In this document: piece by piece, positions 25,651 to 35,607 of the stretch
Layout: each line of letters opens with the position of its first letter
Numbering within the stretch: the stretch's first letter is position 1
Virus record (IMG/VR): IMGVR_UViG_3300028832_000128
Span: 11,586-75,585 of that record
Strand: one strand, 5' to 3'
Length of the DNA stretch: 64,000 nt
Origin: a virus
Taxonomy: Duplodnaviria > Caudoviricetes
Program-made: the position numbers and the translations under genes
The notes under the pieces: generated by a model
Databases searched by the model: none
What the model saw: the letters and a program-made list of their open reading frames with translations, nothing else
What the model was told of the DNA's origin: nothing

Positions 25651-25980
25651 TTACACCTCTCTTAATTTATTTATTTTTTCTATCAAATCATTTTTTTGTA
25701 TTTTCTTTTGTGCTAAATACCGCTTTGCTTCTTCTTTTCTTTCTGTCGTTTGTTCGTCGTCGTCAATAATTAATATATCTCTGAGCATATCTATATTTAT
25801 TTTTTCTATTTGTTTTTCTAATACTGCAATTTGTTCGTCTGCCGTAGGTTCGCTATTTCGCACAACTTCGTAATATTCGCCCTTATCTTCGATATGAGCA
25901 TTGTTTTCGTCGCACCATTTTGCTACGGTTGCATAATAAAAATTATCTTTTATAGGTTTTTGTATTTTTGTTCCTATCAT
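25651..25980 (-). CDS. Tail-fibre-associated/chaperone-like protein
   Basis: Directly follows the short fibre gene; WCDENNAHIEDKGEYYEVV. Confidence 0.5.
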   Translation of the reverse strand: MIGTKIQKPIKDNFYYATVAKWCDENNAHIEDKGEYYEVVRNSEPTADEQIAVLEKQIEKINIDMLRDILIIDDDEQTTERKEEAKRYLAQKKIQKNDLIEKINKLREV

Positions 25981-25992
25981 AACTTTTTCTCC

Positions 25993-26502
25993 TTAATAAC
26001 CGCAGGCATACCAATAACAACTTGCATTATAATCGTTTCCTATTTTAAAATCGGTTTTACTGTGGGTTCTAATATCTACCGCCTCATCGATACCTGTATT
26101 GATTAATGTTGCAACTATTGTGTAATCTGTTGTTGTAAAAGGCGTAGGAAAATTTCTTGTTGTGTTTGCTGTTGCTGTTCCGCCTTGTTCTTTCCATCCG
26201 TCCGAATAAACCCTATACCAATCTGTTCCGTTTCTATATGTTTGTGTTATATATGCTCTTGGTTCTATAGGTTCCACTTCTTGACTTATACTTCTTTTAT
26301 ATAAAACGCCATTAACATTTATACATATATAAATATTTCCATTAACATTATTAAATCCTACATTTCCGTTTTCCAAAACAGATAAAATTTCTTTATCGGT
26401 CTTATTATCAAATACTTTAAAATTTTTATCCTGTGCCTGATTAAACAGAATATTAAACAAAGTATTGATTTTATCGTCAGATACATTATAAGGTTTTTTC
26501 AT
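25993..26502 (-). CDS. Short tail fibre/tip protein (gp53-like C-terminus); start set at MKKPY
   Basis: WYRVYSDGWKEQGG...FPTPF...YWYACGY; start chosen by alignment with 63388-63915. Confidence 0.6.
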   Translation of the reverse strand: MKKPYNVSDDKINTLFNILFNQAQDKNFKVFDNKTDKEILSVLENGNVGFNNVNGNIYICINVNGVLYKRSISQEVEPIEPRAYITQTYRNGTDWYRVYSDGWKEQGGTATANTTRNFPTPFTTTDYTIVATLINTGIDEAVDIRTHSKTDFKIGNDYNASCYWYACGY

Positions 26503-26504
26503 AT

Positions 26505-29456
26505 TTACCCTCTGTTCAACTCTCTTAAAGTTTGCCAATACAAAACAATATCATGAATTTCTGTTTGATTTTCAGCTTGCCAACTAAATTTAAGTTTTAT
26601 TGTTTGTCCTCTTACGATACCCGTCAACGTCTTAATTATTTCCGTTAAAACATCTTTATAAGTTAAAACATAATTAACGTATTCTCCGTCGTTTACACTT
26701 ACTCCAACGGTTATATTTTGGCTTGCGATATATCTTGTTTTTATTTTTCTAAACAAGTTTTCAAAATCGCTTAAAGCAAACTTTTTTGTTACAAAATAAC
26801 TTATATAATTACTTTCGTCGTTTTTATATCCTGTTTCTTTTTTATAAACCTGTCCTTCTGTAGCACTTATTGCAAACAAATCGTCGTTACTTTTGCAATA
26901 ATCAAAATTATTTTCGTTATCTTTAATTGTCCAATATCCGGCTTTATCATAAACACATTCAATAGCGTTGTCGCTCGATTGTTTATCTTGCGGAATATTT
27001 AACCTGTATTTATCTTTATAAACAATCGCACATACTTTGGTTATGTTTTCGCTTGTGTAATATGTTACTTTTAAATCATTGACAAAATTATCACAAAGCT
27101 CAGGAAACGTTACTTTAAATTGAATATAAATATTAAGTGTAATATCATTCGGCACTTGTTCGCCGTTAGCTATTTCATACCAAGTAGCATTACTTAAATC
27201 TGTTAAATCTGCTCCGCTTCTCATATATACGGTTGCTACGCCTGAATAAAATCCTCTTTCTATTCTTGTAAATTCGCTTATTCCCCAAGCCTGAGGCGTT
27301 ACGGTATTTATTTTTATAGGTTCACTTATATAACTATAACTTCCGAGCGTCCAAAAAATAAACCATCTTAAACCGAAAAACCCTTTTGTAAACTCTATTT
27401 TATAACGAACGTATCTGTGAGCATTATTTATGTTTAAAGATATATCGGATAAATTTGTTATTGTATATTCTGTAATATAAGCACTGTCTATATCGCTCCA
27501 ATGTTCTACGCTTGTAGGATAATTCGCAACCGAAATTTTTATCGTATATCCGCTATAAGTATCGTCAGCCGCTAATTGTAATCTATTAATCGTAAATCCT
27601 GTTGCTCCGTAATCTATCTCGGCACTTTTATAAGTATAATCGGCTAAATCTATATTTGTGTTATACTTTAATAACGGGCTTTGATTTTGCAGTGTATCGG
27701 CATAATAACCGTCTCCGTTATGAGAATATGTTGCTAATTTTACAATAAATTGACATCCATATCCGCTAACTCTTTCACTTGCTCCGCCGTTACCGCATAC
27801 CCAATAAGTTGTATTAGCTTCCATAGCAACGTTATTGAAACTAAAGCTGTTGTAAGCATTAACAGATATAGAATCATACCCTTTGTTTGCTGTTGTGGCT
27901 ACAACTTGACCGTTATAACTTCCTTTTCTAAGTTGTAAAAACACATATCCGTCTTTTGTATTGTTGTTATAACTTTTAGATGTTATGTATATTTGCACAT
28001 CTTGCAAATTCCAATTTTTTATTTTAGGTTCGATTTTAAAACAAAAACCTCTTCTTATAACTTCACTACCTGTAGAGGTATAAGATAAAATATTTTTCGT
28101 ATCGCTGCTACTTGCAGTCGATTCAAAATCCGTTCTTATGCCGCAATTTAAAACAGTATCTGTTACATCCAAAAACTTACCGACGCTTTCTTTTTGCGTC
28201 CATACTCCGGTTTCGCTAAAATATACAGAGTTAGTTATTCTTCTTATTCCTTGCGGTAACAATGTAACAATACCGTTTGTAGTTGCTCCGGTATTATCCC
28301 AATTACTATTTTTCTTATAGCTTCTTTCAATTTGCGTTCCGGTTGCTACAGATATATTTTTTGTCTTATCCTGTATTTGTTCGTCTATTAATACGGCAGT
28401 ATTACCGTTTAATTGTGCTACTCCGTCAAGACTCAAATATGTTAAAAACCCGTTAAACAGTCTTATTGTCTCATGAGCTACGGTTCCGTAAGTTGTATCA
28501 ACTTTATTACTTGTCCACTGGTCTATATCTCCGTTTGTTAAATATCTGTAGACGTGATGTTGTTTAAATATGTATATGTAAGCACCGCCAAACGAAGCAC
28601 CGCCTGTAATCTTTTCTCCGTCGTCTTTACCCACAGTATCATAATTAAGCCCGTAAACAGGCGTCCATCTTACAGGATCATACGGTTGGCTCCAATATAC
28701 TCCGTTATCGTCTTCTATACTGCCAAGTCCAAACAGTCTCTCCTGATGTATAAAGCCGATTCTTAATCCTTGCGGAACATTATTATTTACACAATCAGAT
28801 GTTTCTGTTCTTGTATATGTTACTCCGCCGCTATCTGTTAAAGTTGTTCCGCTTACACTTGATACTGTATATTGTATTTTTGTTCTGTAAAGGTCGCTAA
28901 AAATAACGGCTCCGCTTGATGGATTATCACTTAAAGTATAATATACATTTCCGTCATTATTGCTTAACCAGCCGTAAAAATTATCTCTGTTTAAGTAAGT
29001 TGCTTTATTTCTGTAAATTACAAGTATGCAAGCGTTATTAAAATCTTCGTTTTCAATTACCGGATATTTTCCTGTAAACACAAATAAGCGGTCGTTGTAT
29101 TGAGCGAATCTCACTCTTACATTTTCGTCTATTAAAACATCTTCGTCGGTTCCGTTATTATTTATTTTAATTTTGTTAAAATTGTCTCTGTTTAGCGGAC
29201 TATACCATAAATATCCGCCGCAAGCCACAATTAGCAAACTGCCGTCAACTTTACTGTTGTAAATGGCACAACCCATACAGCTTTTATTATCAAGTAAAGT
29301 GCCGTTTACTTTAATTTTACCTTTAATGCTTTTCGGTAAATAGTTGTCCGACAAATCTATATTACAACAATCACTAAAAGCATTGTCGCTTATTTTGTCA
29401 GCCGGTAACCTTGAAATAAGCCCTTTTGAAAAATTATCAATAACTTTAGTTTCCAT
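26505..29456 (-). CDS. Tail tubular/nozzle protein (P22 gp10- or T7 gp12-like)
   Basis: NFSKGL N-terminus, beta-propeller-like repeats, position after the adaptor. Confidence 0.65.
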   Translation of the reverse strand: METKVIDNFSKGLISRLPADKISDNAFSDCCNIDLSDNYLPKSIKGKIKVNGTLLDNKSCMGCAIYNSKVDGSLLIVACGGYLWYSPLNRDNFNKIKINNNGTDEDVLIDENVRVRFAQYNDRLFVFTGKYPVIENEDFNNACILVIYRNKATYLNRDNFYGWLSNNDGNVYYTLSDNPSSGAVIFSDLYRTKIQYTVSSVSGTTLTDSGGVTYTRTETSDCVNNNVPQGLRIGFIHQERLFGLGSIEDDNGVYWSQPYDPVRWTPVYGLNYDTVGKDDGEKITGGASFGGAYIYIFKQHHVYRYLTNGDIDQWTSNKVDTTYGTVAHETIRLFNGFLTYLSLDGVAQLNGNTAVLIDEQIQDKTKNISVATGTQIERSYKKNSNWDNTGATTNGIVTLLPQGIRRITNSVYFSETGVWTQKESVGKFLDVTDTVLNCGIRTDFESTASSSDTKNILSYTSTGSEVIRRGFCFKIEPKIKNWNLQDVQIYITSKSYNNNTKDGYVFLQLRKGSYNGQVVATTANKGYDSISVNAYNSFSFNNVAMEANTTYWVCGNGGASERVSGYGCQFIVKLATYSHNGDGYYADTLQNQSPLLKYNTNIDLADYTYKSAEIDYGATGFTINRLQLAADDTYSGYTIKISVANYPTSVEHWSDIDSAYITEYTITNLSDISLNINNAHRYVRYKIEFTKGFFGLRWFIFWTLGSYSYISEPIKINTVTPQAWGISEFTRIERGFYSGVATVYMRSGADLTDLSNATWYEIANGEQVPNDITLNIYIQFKVTFPELCDNFVNDLKVTYYTSENITKVCAIVYKDKYRLNIPQDKQSSDNAIECVYDKAGYWTIKDNENNFDYCKSNDDLFAISATEGQVYKKETGYKNDESNYISYFVTKKFALSDFENLFRKIKTRYIASQNITVGVSVNDGEYVNYVLTYKDVLTEIIKTLTGIVRGQTIKLKFSWQAENQTEIHDIVLYWQTLRELNRG

Positions 29457-29459
29457 TTT

Positions 29460-30098
29460 TTAACCTCTCGGTCTTGCAATAGTAAATTCGGTTACTGCGT
29501 CAATCTTAAATTTTAAATCTTTAATATCTTTTAAATCTTGCAAATATAAACTGTTATATCTGTCGCTAAGTGCAATATTACCGTCTTCAAGCATACATCT
29601 GTAAATTACTCCGTCAATAATCGCTTGCGAAGCACTTTGTAATTGTTCCGTATTATTAAACGGTTTATCTGTAGAATCAACCATATTATCGGCAACACCT
29701 ATATAATGTAACGTTATATCGCTTGCCGCTTGAGGTTTCGGCACTAAATTTATAACATTAAATTCTTGATAATATGCTTTAGGTTCGCCTGTTTCTTCTC
29801 TCCATACTTTTGAATTAAATATACACATATCGTCAAGCTGTTGTGCTGTAGTTCCCATAAGTCTTTTATTTTCATACACAACGGCAACCACTTTTAAACA
29901 ATCTGCAGGAATAGAATAGTTTTCGGCTATAGCGTTAAAACTTACCGTATTTGTTTTTAATAACAATTCTGTTTTTCTGCAAATATCGGCTTGTATTAAA
30001 TTAGCTCTTCTTAAAAGTTCGCTATCTGTCCAATGTCCGCCTGTTTCAGGTTCTTTTAAACTTCTTTTTATTTCTGCTAAAATTTCGCTCCATTGCAT
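29460..30098 (-). CDS. Head-tail adaptor
   Basis: WTDSELLRRAN motif; directly after the portal. Confidence 0.65.
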   Translation of the reverse strand: MQWSEILAEIKRSLKEPETGGHWTDSELLRRANLIQADICRKTELLLKTNTVSFNAIAENYSIPADCLKVVAVVYENKRLMGTTAQQLDDMCIFNSKVWREETGEPKAYYQEFNVINLVPKPQAASDITLHYIGVADNMVDSTDKPFNNTEQLQSASQAIIDGVIYRCMLEDGNIALSDRYNSLYLQDLKDIKDLKFKIDAVTEFTIARPRG

Positions 30099-30109
30099 AC
30101 ATTATCTCC

Positions 30110-32200
30110 TTACTGTAAACTTACCGGAGTTTCTACCATGCCCGGCACTTGTGCGGCTTGCTCTTCCGTCATACCTTTAGGAGCAAAATTAGGTTGCTCC
30201 TGCGGTGGTAACCCTGCCTGTTGCGGCTTTTGTGCGCCCATCAACTGTCTTAATATTTCCTGTTGCATAAGTTGTTGTTGCTGCTGTTGTTGCAACTGCA
30301 AATATCTTACATGCTCCTCAATATGTTTTTGTCTTATCGGTTCGTAAGCGGGATTAAGCTCAACTGCTTCATGTGCCTGAATATGAGCAACGTGATTTTC
30401 TTGCTGTTTTGCAAACGGTGTTTCTCCTTGACTCATTAAAATATTTTCGTCTTGCGGACTTACAAGTTGGCTATCAACTTCTTTTGAAATAATAGAAAGG
30501 TCGCCGTCATTTAATATTTCGGCAATCTTTTTGGCAAGCTCTGTAATATTCCAAATACCGCCCGGACTTTTAATTGCCATATTGTAAAGGTTCATTAACT
30601 GTTGCCCTTTTACAACTTTATTTTCTGTCTCGCTTACCGAAAGTGGTATAAAATCAAAATCGCTCATTAACACCTTACTTAAATCGTAATCGTCATTAAT
30701 CTTAATATTCATTGCAGCAACATAAGCCCCAAACGCTTCGGCTCCTATTATCTTTTTTACGTCGTTTGTGCTCATAAATTGCAAATTATAGCCGTATGCT
30801 TTTCGTAAATACGCTTTTATAACTTCGTCTTCGAATGTTCTGAGTTTTGTAAATATTTCTCTTTGCGAAGAATTATTTATTGCGTTAGCTTCCGTTGCCG
30901 TTGTATCATATCTTGCAGGCAATCCTTGTAAATTTGCAGAAGCTCCCGTAACTGTCATAATATCGTTTTTGGTTAGCTGTATTCCTCTTAACGCAGCCTC
31001 GGACACATTCGGCGGTCTTACAAATGTTACGCCGTCTTTACCTGTTTGACTGTGCATAATACCTCTCGGTCTTGATTTTAATTCCGATTCAGGTATTCCT
31101 GCCTGAGCGTCCACAACCATCATACAATCAAGTATCATAGTCAAATCGTCCATAAATTGATTCATAAAATCATTTAATGCGAGTTGACTTTCTTTTGCAA
31201 GCTCGGGCACGCCCATCCCTATACTTTCGGCTTTTTTAATATCTTCCCACTTAAAAAGCACATAAGGCTTTTCCTGAATATCATAAGGATTTAATTCACA
31301 TCTTATTACCTGTTTTTTATCTATAACGGTTATAATACATTCTTCTTCTATACCGTCGTCGTCAATATCAAAATTACACCAACATTCAAGCAACTCATGT
31401 CTTTTTTTATCGACTCTCATTGTGTCGCCCGTTCCTACACTGGCAGCGGTATGAGCATAATTTTCAGTAACGTCAGGCTCTGTAATACCGGCTTCATGGC
31501 GTTGTAAATACTCTTCAACTCCAAAATAACTGTCGTTACCTTTAGCCATAATTCTTAAATCGCTTTCGCTTACATTCGGTATTTTTTCAATAATAGCTTC
31601 CTGTTCTTCCCATTTTCTGTAAAAATCCCAAAACACATTTTCAAGTTCAAGCACGCTAAAATCTATATTATCGTAAATAGGAACACTATCTTTTTTAACT
31701 TTCGGTATAAAAAACTCGCCTGTTCCTATACTTTTAATAATACCCATAATACCTTTTCTGTCTTCTATATTTTTTAATACATACTTCTTTTTTTGCACCC
31801 AGCTCACTTTAGCTATTGCCGTTCCGTTAATAATTGCTGTTTCTAAAAAACGTCTTACTTTTGTTCTAAAGTTTATTTTCTGTTGCTGTAAATTTAAAAT
31901 TTTTGTATTTATTTCGGCTTTCTTTTCGTCATTCGGTCCGCCTACACCTTGCAACTTAAAGTTAGGTTTTTTTGCAAACAAACATTCGTCGCAAAAATTC
32001 AATAAAGTTCTTACCGCTTTTCTTGTTTCGGGCACAAACAAGTTGGCTACACCGTTGACATAAGTTTTTTTAGAATATTTATTGTTATATAGCTTATCGT
32101 AATCAATCCACTTTTGTTCGGTTTCTGATCTTTCAGAATACCTTGAAAAAGTAGTTAAAACAAAATTCAAAGCCTTTTGGTGTAATTTTTCTTTATTCAT
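30110..32200 (-). CDS. Portal protein (podovirus-type)
   Basis: Follows TerL; NGTAIAKVSW, ELNPY..KPY, GMGVPEL, TATEA motifs; Gln-rich tail. Confidence 0.85.
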   Translation of the reverse strand: MNKEKLHQKALNFVLTTFSRYSERSETEQKWIDYDKLYNNKYSKKTYVNGVANLFVPETRKAVRTLLNFCDECLFAKKPNFKLQGVGGPNDEKKAEINTKILNLQQQKINFRTKVRRFLETAIINGTAIAKVSWVQKKKYVLKNIEDRKGIMGIIKSIGTGEFFIPKVKKDSVPIYDNIDFSVLELENVFWDFYRKWEEQEAIIEKIPNVSESDLRIMAKGNDSYFGVEEYLQRHEAGITEPDVTENYAHTAASVGTGDTMRVDKKRHELLECWCNFDIDDDGIEEECIITVIDKKQVIRCELNPYDIQEKPYVLFKWEDIKKAESIGMGVPELAKESQLALNDFMNQFMDDLTMILDCMMVVDAQAGIPESELKSRPRGIMHSQTGKDGVTFVRPPNVSEAALRGIQLTKNDIMTVTGASANLQGLPARYDTTATEANAINNSSQREIFTKLRTFEDEVIKAYLRKAYGYNLQFMSTNDVKKIIGAEAFGAYVAAMNIKINDDYDLSKVLMSDFDFIPLSVSETENKVVKGQQLMNLYNMAIKSPGGIWNITELAKKIAEILNDGDLSIISKEVDSQLVSPQDENILMSQGETPFAKQQENHVAHIQAHEAVELNPAYEPIRQKHIEEHVRYLQLQQQQQQQLMQQEILRQLMGAQKPQQAGLPPQEQPNFAPKGMTEEQAAQVPGMVETPVSLQ

Positions 32201-32212
32201 GTTTTTTTCTCC

Positions 32213-33709
32213 TTATTGTCCTAACCCGTAACCGGTAACACTACCCGAATTATAAACATAATTATCTTGCTCAATAGCTCTAAACGCTTTACCGTGTTTA
32301 TATTTAATTTTCAATACAAGTGCATATCTTAAAGCGTCAGGCAAATCGTCATAAACTTTTTTAGGTCTTTCTTTAATTGCCGTTTGTCTGTTCGGTTCGC
32401 TCCATACATATTTACCCATACAACTTATAAGTTGTTTGCATTTATCTCCGAAAAAATACATATTCGGTTCGCCGTTAGCGTTTATATGCAAATATTCACA
32501 TACCGCATTTTTACCTACAACGAAATTTTTTGTAGAAGATCTAAACACAAGGTTCCATTTTAATCTTAGTCCTTCAGCTCCAAACTCTCTCTGTGCGTTT
32601 CTTCCCGATATTCTGTCAGGTGTTGCTGAAATAGAATCAATAAATCTATACTCGGCAGGTCCGCCTGTTTCTTGTTCTTTGGCTACAATTTTCTCGGCAA
32701 TCTCTTTAACCGTTCCGCCTGTAACAAGTTCATCGTAAACAAACGCCCTGTCTTTTTCGTCAATTGCTACCCACACAACAACACAATCTTTTTGGCTATG
32801 ATAATCCATAGCACAAATTCTTACCCAATTTTCAGGTATATCAAAACTTTTCATTATATGTTTGGCACAAAACTCTTTATAAACAAGCCCGGACAAATGT
32901 TTAAATTTGCCGTAAACTCTTGCTTCTCTTTCTTCTTCCGGTATTTGGCTTATAAAAAATTCTCTTGCTTTATCTGTCAAATAAATATTGTCAAACAACG
33001 AAAATTCAAACACATCGGTATCTTTGTCGCCATGCAAACCTTTTAAATAAATCTCGTCATATATCCAAGGTTCATTTAAAGGAGTTGCCGTAATCCATAC
33101 CTTTCCGTCAAATCTCATTAAACCCCTTATTGTAGCCGTATATTTATCCTGTGGCGGCGGTTCGTCAAAATGACATCCGTGTCCTGTCCAACCTTCATAT
33201 AAATCGGTTTCTTGTTCATAACTCATAAGTTCGATAGTAGAACCGTTTTTAAAATATATCTTCTTCCATTGTCCGCCCGAATACTTTGCAGGTCTTCCTT
33301 TTAATGTTTCGGGCGGAATCAATTTTTGATATTTACTTACAATAACTTCTTGAATACCTTTGTCTAAATCGTTCGCACATACTCTTAATTTATATGGCGG
33401 TCTGCACTTCATTTTTTCAATTGTATTACCAAGTCCTAACGCAATTCTTATATCTTCGGCACATCCGCATTCTGTTTTACCTGTCTGATTGCCACCTAAA
33501 GCAAGTCTCACTTTTTTAAAACTGTTATGAAACTTTTGCTGATACGGTTGCGGACGGTAATAACATATTCCGTAGTTTTTTTCTCTGTCTTCAAGTTCAT
33601 ATTTATAATTAAGCAAAGCATTCAGCTTATCAAGCGATAAACTTTCCAAGTCAATATTATTCGCTTTTACAAACTCGTCAAATCTGATAGGTTCTATATT
33701 TTCAAACAT
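32213..33709 (-). CDS. terL: Terminase large subunit
   Basis: Walker A GGNQTGKT, Walker B HFDEPP, nuclease AMDYH and DDLPDALRY. Confidence 0.92.
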   Translation of the reverse strand: MFENIEPIRFDEFVKANNIDLESLSLDKLNALLNYKYELEDREKNYGICYYRPQPYQQKFHNSFKKVRLALGGNQTGKTECGCAEDIRIALGLGNTIEKMKCRPPYKLRVCANDLDKGIQEVIVSKYQKLIPPETLKGRPAKYSGGQWKKIYFKNGSTIELMSYEQETDLYEGWTGHGCHFDEPPPQDKYTATIRGLMRFDGKVWITATPLNEPWIYDEIYLKGLHGDKDTDVFEFSLFDNIYLTDKAREFFISQIPEEEREARVYGKFKHLSGLVYKEFCAKHIMKSFDIPENWVRICAMDYHSQKDCVVVWVAIDEKDRAFVYDELVTGGTVKEIAEKIVAKEQETGGPAEYRFIDSISATPDRISGRNAQREFGAEGLRLKWNLVFRSSTKNFVVGKNAVCEYLHINANGEPNMYFFGDKCKQLISCMGKYVWSEPNRQTAIKERPKKVYDDLPDALRYALVLKIKYKHGKAFRAIEQDNYVYNSGSVTGYGLGQ

Positions 33710-34185
33710 TATGCTCCTATTTTCGGAATACTTGTTGAAAATTCTACGGCTTCAATTTGTTCAATTGTTGTGCATTGTTCCAAAGCATTTATTGCGGTTC
33801 TCCATGCGGCTCTTGCCTGTGCAAGTGCTGCATACTGCTCTTGGCTTATTACGCCCTCGCCATACTTAATTGCTTCATAATCGGTCGCCTCAAGCAACTT
33901 TTTTAATCTGTTTATTTTTAATTCTTTGTTTGCAATTACATCGGCTTCAATTGCCTTGTTCCAATAATAATCAAAATGAGCAACAATACTCTCTTTTGTT
34001 ATATTTGCAACTTTCGGATATATCAATCTTACTGCGTCAACTTCATATACGGTTTTATTTTGTCCGTTTTCGGTTTCAACGGTTTTTTCAACCGCATTTT
34101 TAAACAACAAAACTTCCGTAAATCTATCTGTTTGTCTAACATCAACATTATCTTGTGGCACTACATCAACCGTTATTTTGCTCAT
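33709..34185 (-). CDS. Tail-fibre chaperone-like protein downstream of RT
   Basis: LKKLLEATDY.AIK..EG...Y....QARAAWR..IN.LE pattern of fibre-associated proteins. Confidence 0.45.
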   Translation of the reverse strand: MSKITVDVVPQDNVDVRQTDRFTEVLLFKNAVEKTVETENGQNKTVYEVDAVRLIYPKVANITKESIVAHFDYYWNKAIEADVIANKELKINRLKKLLEATDYEAIKYGEGVISQEQYAALAQARAAWRTAINALEQCTTIEQIEAVEFSTSIPKIGA

Positions 34186-35198
34186 TTACACAACCCCCTT
34201 AATTGACTATAATTTATTTTTGAATTTATGTAATTTTCCAACTTAAAACTGCTAAACCATTTTAATCCGCCAAGTCTGCAACTTAATCTTGTAGCCCAAT
34301 ATTTACACGGTTTTTTAACATAATGTTTTAATGTTCTGTATAATCCGTATAAATTTCTTTTTCTAAGTAAAACATAATTATAAAAGAACCTGTAACCGAG
34401 CATATCAATCCCTCTTACTTTGGTTCTGAAAATTTGCCAATTTTGTTTAAGTTTTAATTCTGCTTTTTGTAATATTTCCACTATGGTAGGTAATAATCTG
34501 CGTAATTTTCTTTTATTGCTTGAAAGCACAATAAAATCGTCAACGTATCTCAAATAATAATTAATTCCGTCCGATTGTCTTATTGTTGTATCTAATTTTA
34601 ATAACAAAAGATTCTCAAACCATGCACTTGTGTAATTTCCAAGCGGTAAACTTTTCATACTAAATGCTACTGTTTGTAACAGTTTTAAATATTTTTTATC
34701 TTTTATAAAACGTTTAAAGCACTCTACAACATACTGCGGTTTTATATTGTCGTAACATTTTTTAATATCACATTTAAGGCACCACTTCGTTCCTTTTTTG
34801 TCGGTATTAAGCCATCTTGTAATTGCTTTGTAACCGTAATGAATACCACGCCCCGGAATTGAAGCAATAGCGTATGGATCCAATCTTTTCAACAATCTGT
34901 CATACACCAAATCAATTAACAGATGGTGTATACACTGGTCCGGATAAAATACAGGTTTGTGTAATACTCTACGCTTGCCTGACGGTTGGTCGACTATATT
35001 ACATACGGTATAAGGCGACGGTTTATATGTTTGTGTTAAAACCATCTCTTTTAATTCTTCCGCATAAAAATCAATATTGTTTAAAACTTTTTTAACACTG
35101 TTTCTTTTAGTTTTAAACTTTGCGGCTTTTAAAATTATCCGTTTACAATACTCTGTTGTAATTTTCTCGTTGGTAATCAAATTTCCAACTCTTTTCAT
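34182..35198 (-). CDS. DGR reverse transcriptase
   Basis: YPDQCIHH, IPGRGIH, LKCDIKKCY, LPLGNYTSAWF, YYLRYVDDF, GIDMLGY motifs; adjacent TR/VR pair. Confidence 0.95.
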   Translation of the reverse strand: MKRVGNLITNEKITTEYCKRIILKAAKFKTKRNSVKKVLNNIDFYAEELKEMVLTQTYKPSPYTVCNIVDQPSGKRRVLHKPVFYPDQCIHHLLIDLVYDRLLKRLDPYAIASIPGRGIHYGYKAITRWLNTDKKGTKWCLKCDIKKCYDNIKPQYVVECFKRFIKDKKYLKLLQTVAFSMKSLPLGNYTSAWFENLLLLKLDTTIRQSDGINYYLRYVDDFIVLSSNKRKLRRLLPTIVEILQKAELKLKQNWQIFRTKVRGIDMLGYRFFYNYVLLRKRNLYGLYRTLKHYVKKPCKYWATRLSCRLGGLKWFSSFKLENYINSKINYSQLRGLCK

Positions 35199-35380
35199 TT
35201 CGTTTTATTTCCTGTTTTTTTATCTTTTTTTACACTTCTTATAGTGTTTATATCTTTCAGAGTTTTCTATTCGTTAAAAACGAAATACTAACCCTGCCTT
35301 TTGTTGTCTTATTTTCACCAAGTGGTGCGGATTATACAAACAATAGAAAATATTTTTACTCCAAGTTTTTAAGATATTAA

Positions 35381-35482
35381 CTCAGCGGGCACCGTTATTC
35401 CGCCTCGCATTGTCAAGCCCGTTGTTCAAATTCCAGTAGAAAGCCCCGTAATTCGCCCCGTTGTTGCAATTGCCGCCATTTT
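35381..35482 (-). repeat. DGR template repeat (TR)
   Basis: 11 AAY codons in the VR frame; 102-nt alignment with VR. Confidence 0.95.
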
Positions 35483-35549
35483 GTATAACCCGTAGGGATT
35501 AATCCCTGTTTTACCTCTATTTAAAGAACAAGTTTTTATTTCTTTAGCT

Positions 35550-35588
35550 TTAAGGGAAAAGGCGGCACTGCGTGCCTTTTTCCCTTAA
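35550..35588. other. Hairpin/cruciform downstream of VR (IMH-associated)
   Basis: ttaagggaaaa...ggcac-tgc-gtgcc-tttttcccttaa, about 20 nt after the target stop. Confidence 0.65.
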
Positions 35589-35607
35589 CAACCCTTTTCT
35601 AAAAGGC

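Noticed and set aside
34182-35198. RT as group II intron, retron or Abi RT
   Set aside because: Short RT with an adjacent adenine-mismatched TR/VR pair is diagnostic of a DGR
35381-35482. A second VR target elsewhere in the window
   Set aside because: No other TR-like sequence noticed by eye; a BLASTN of TR against the full contig would be decisive
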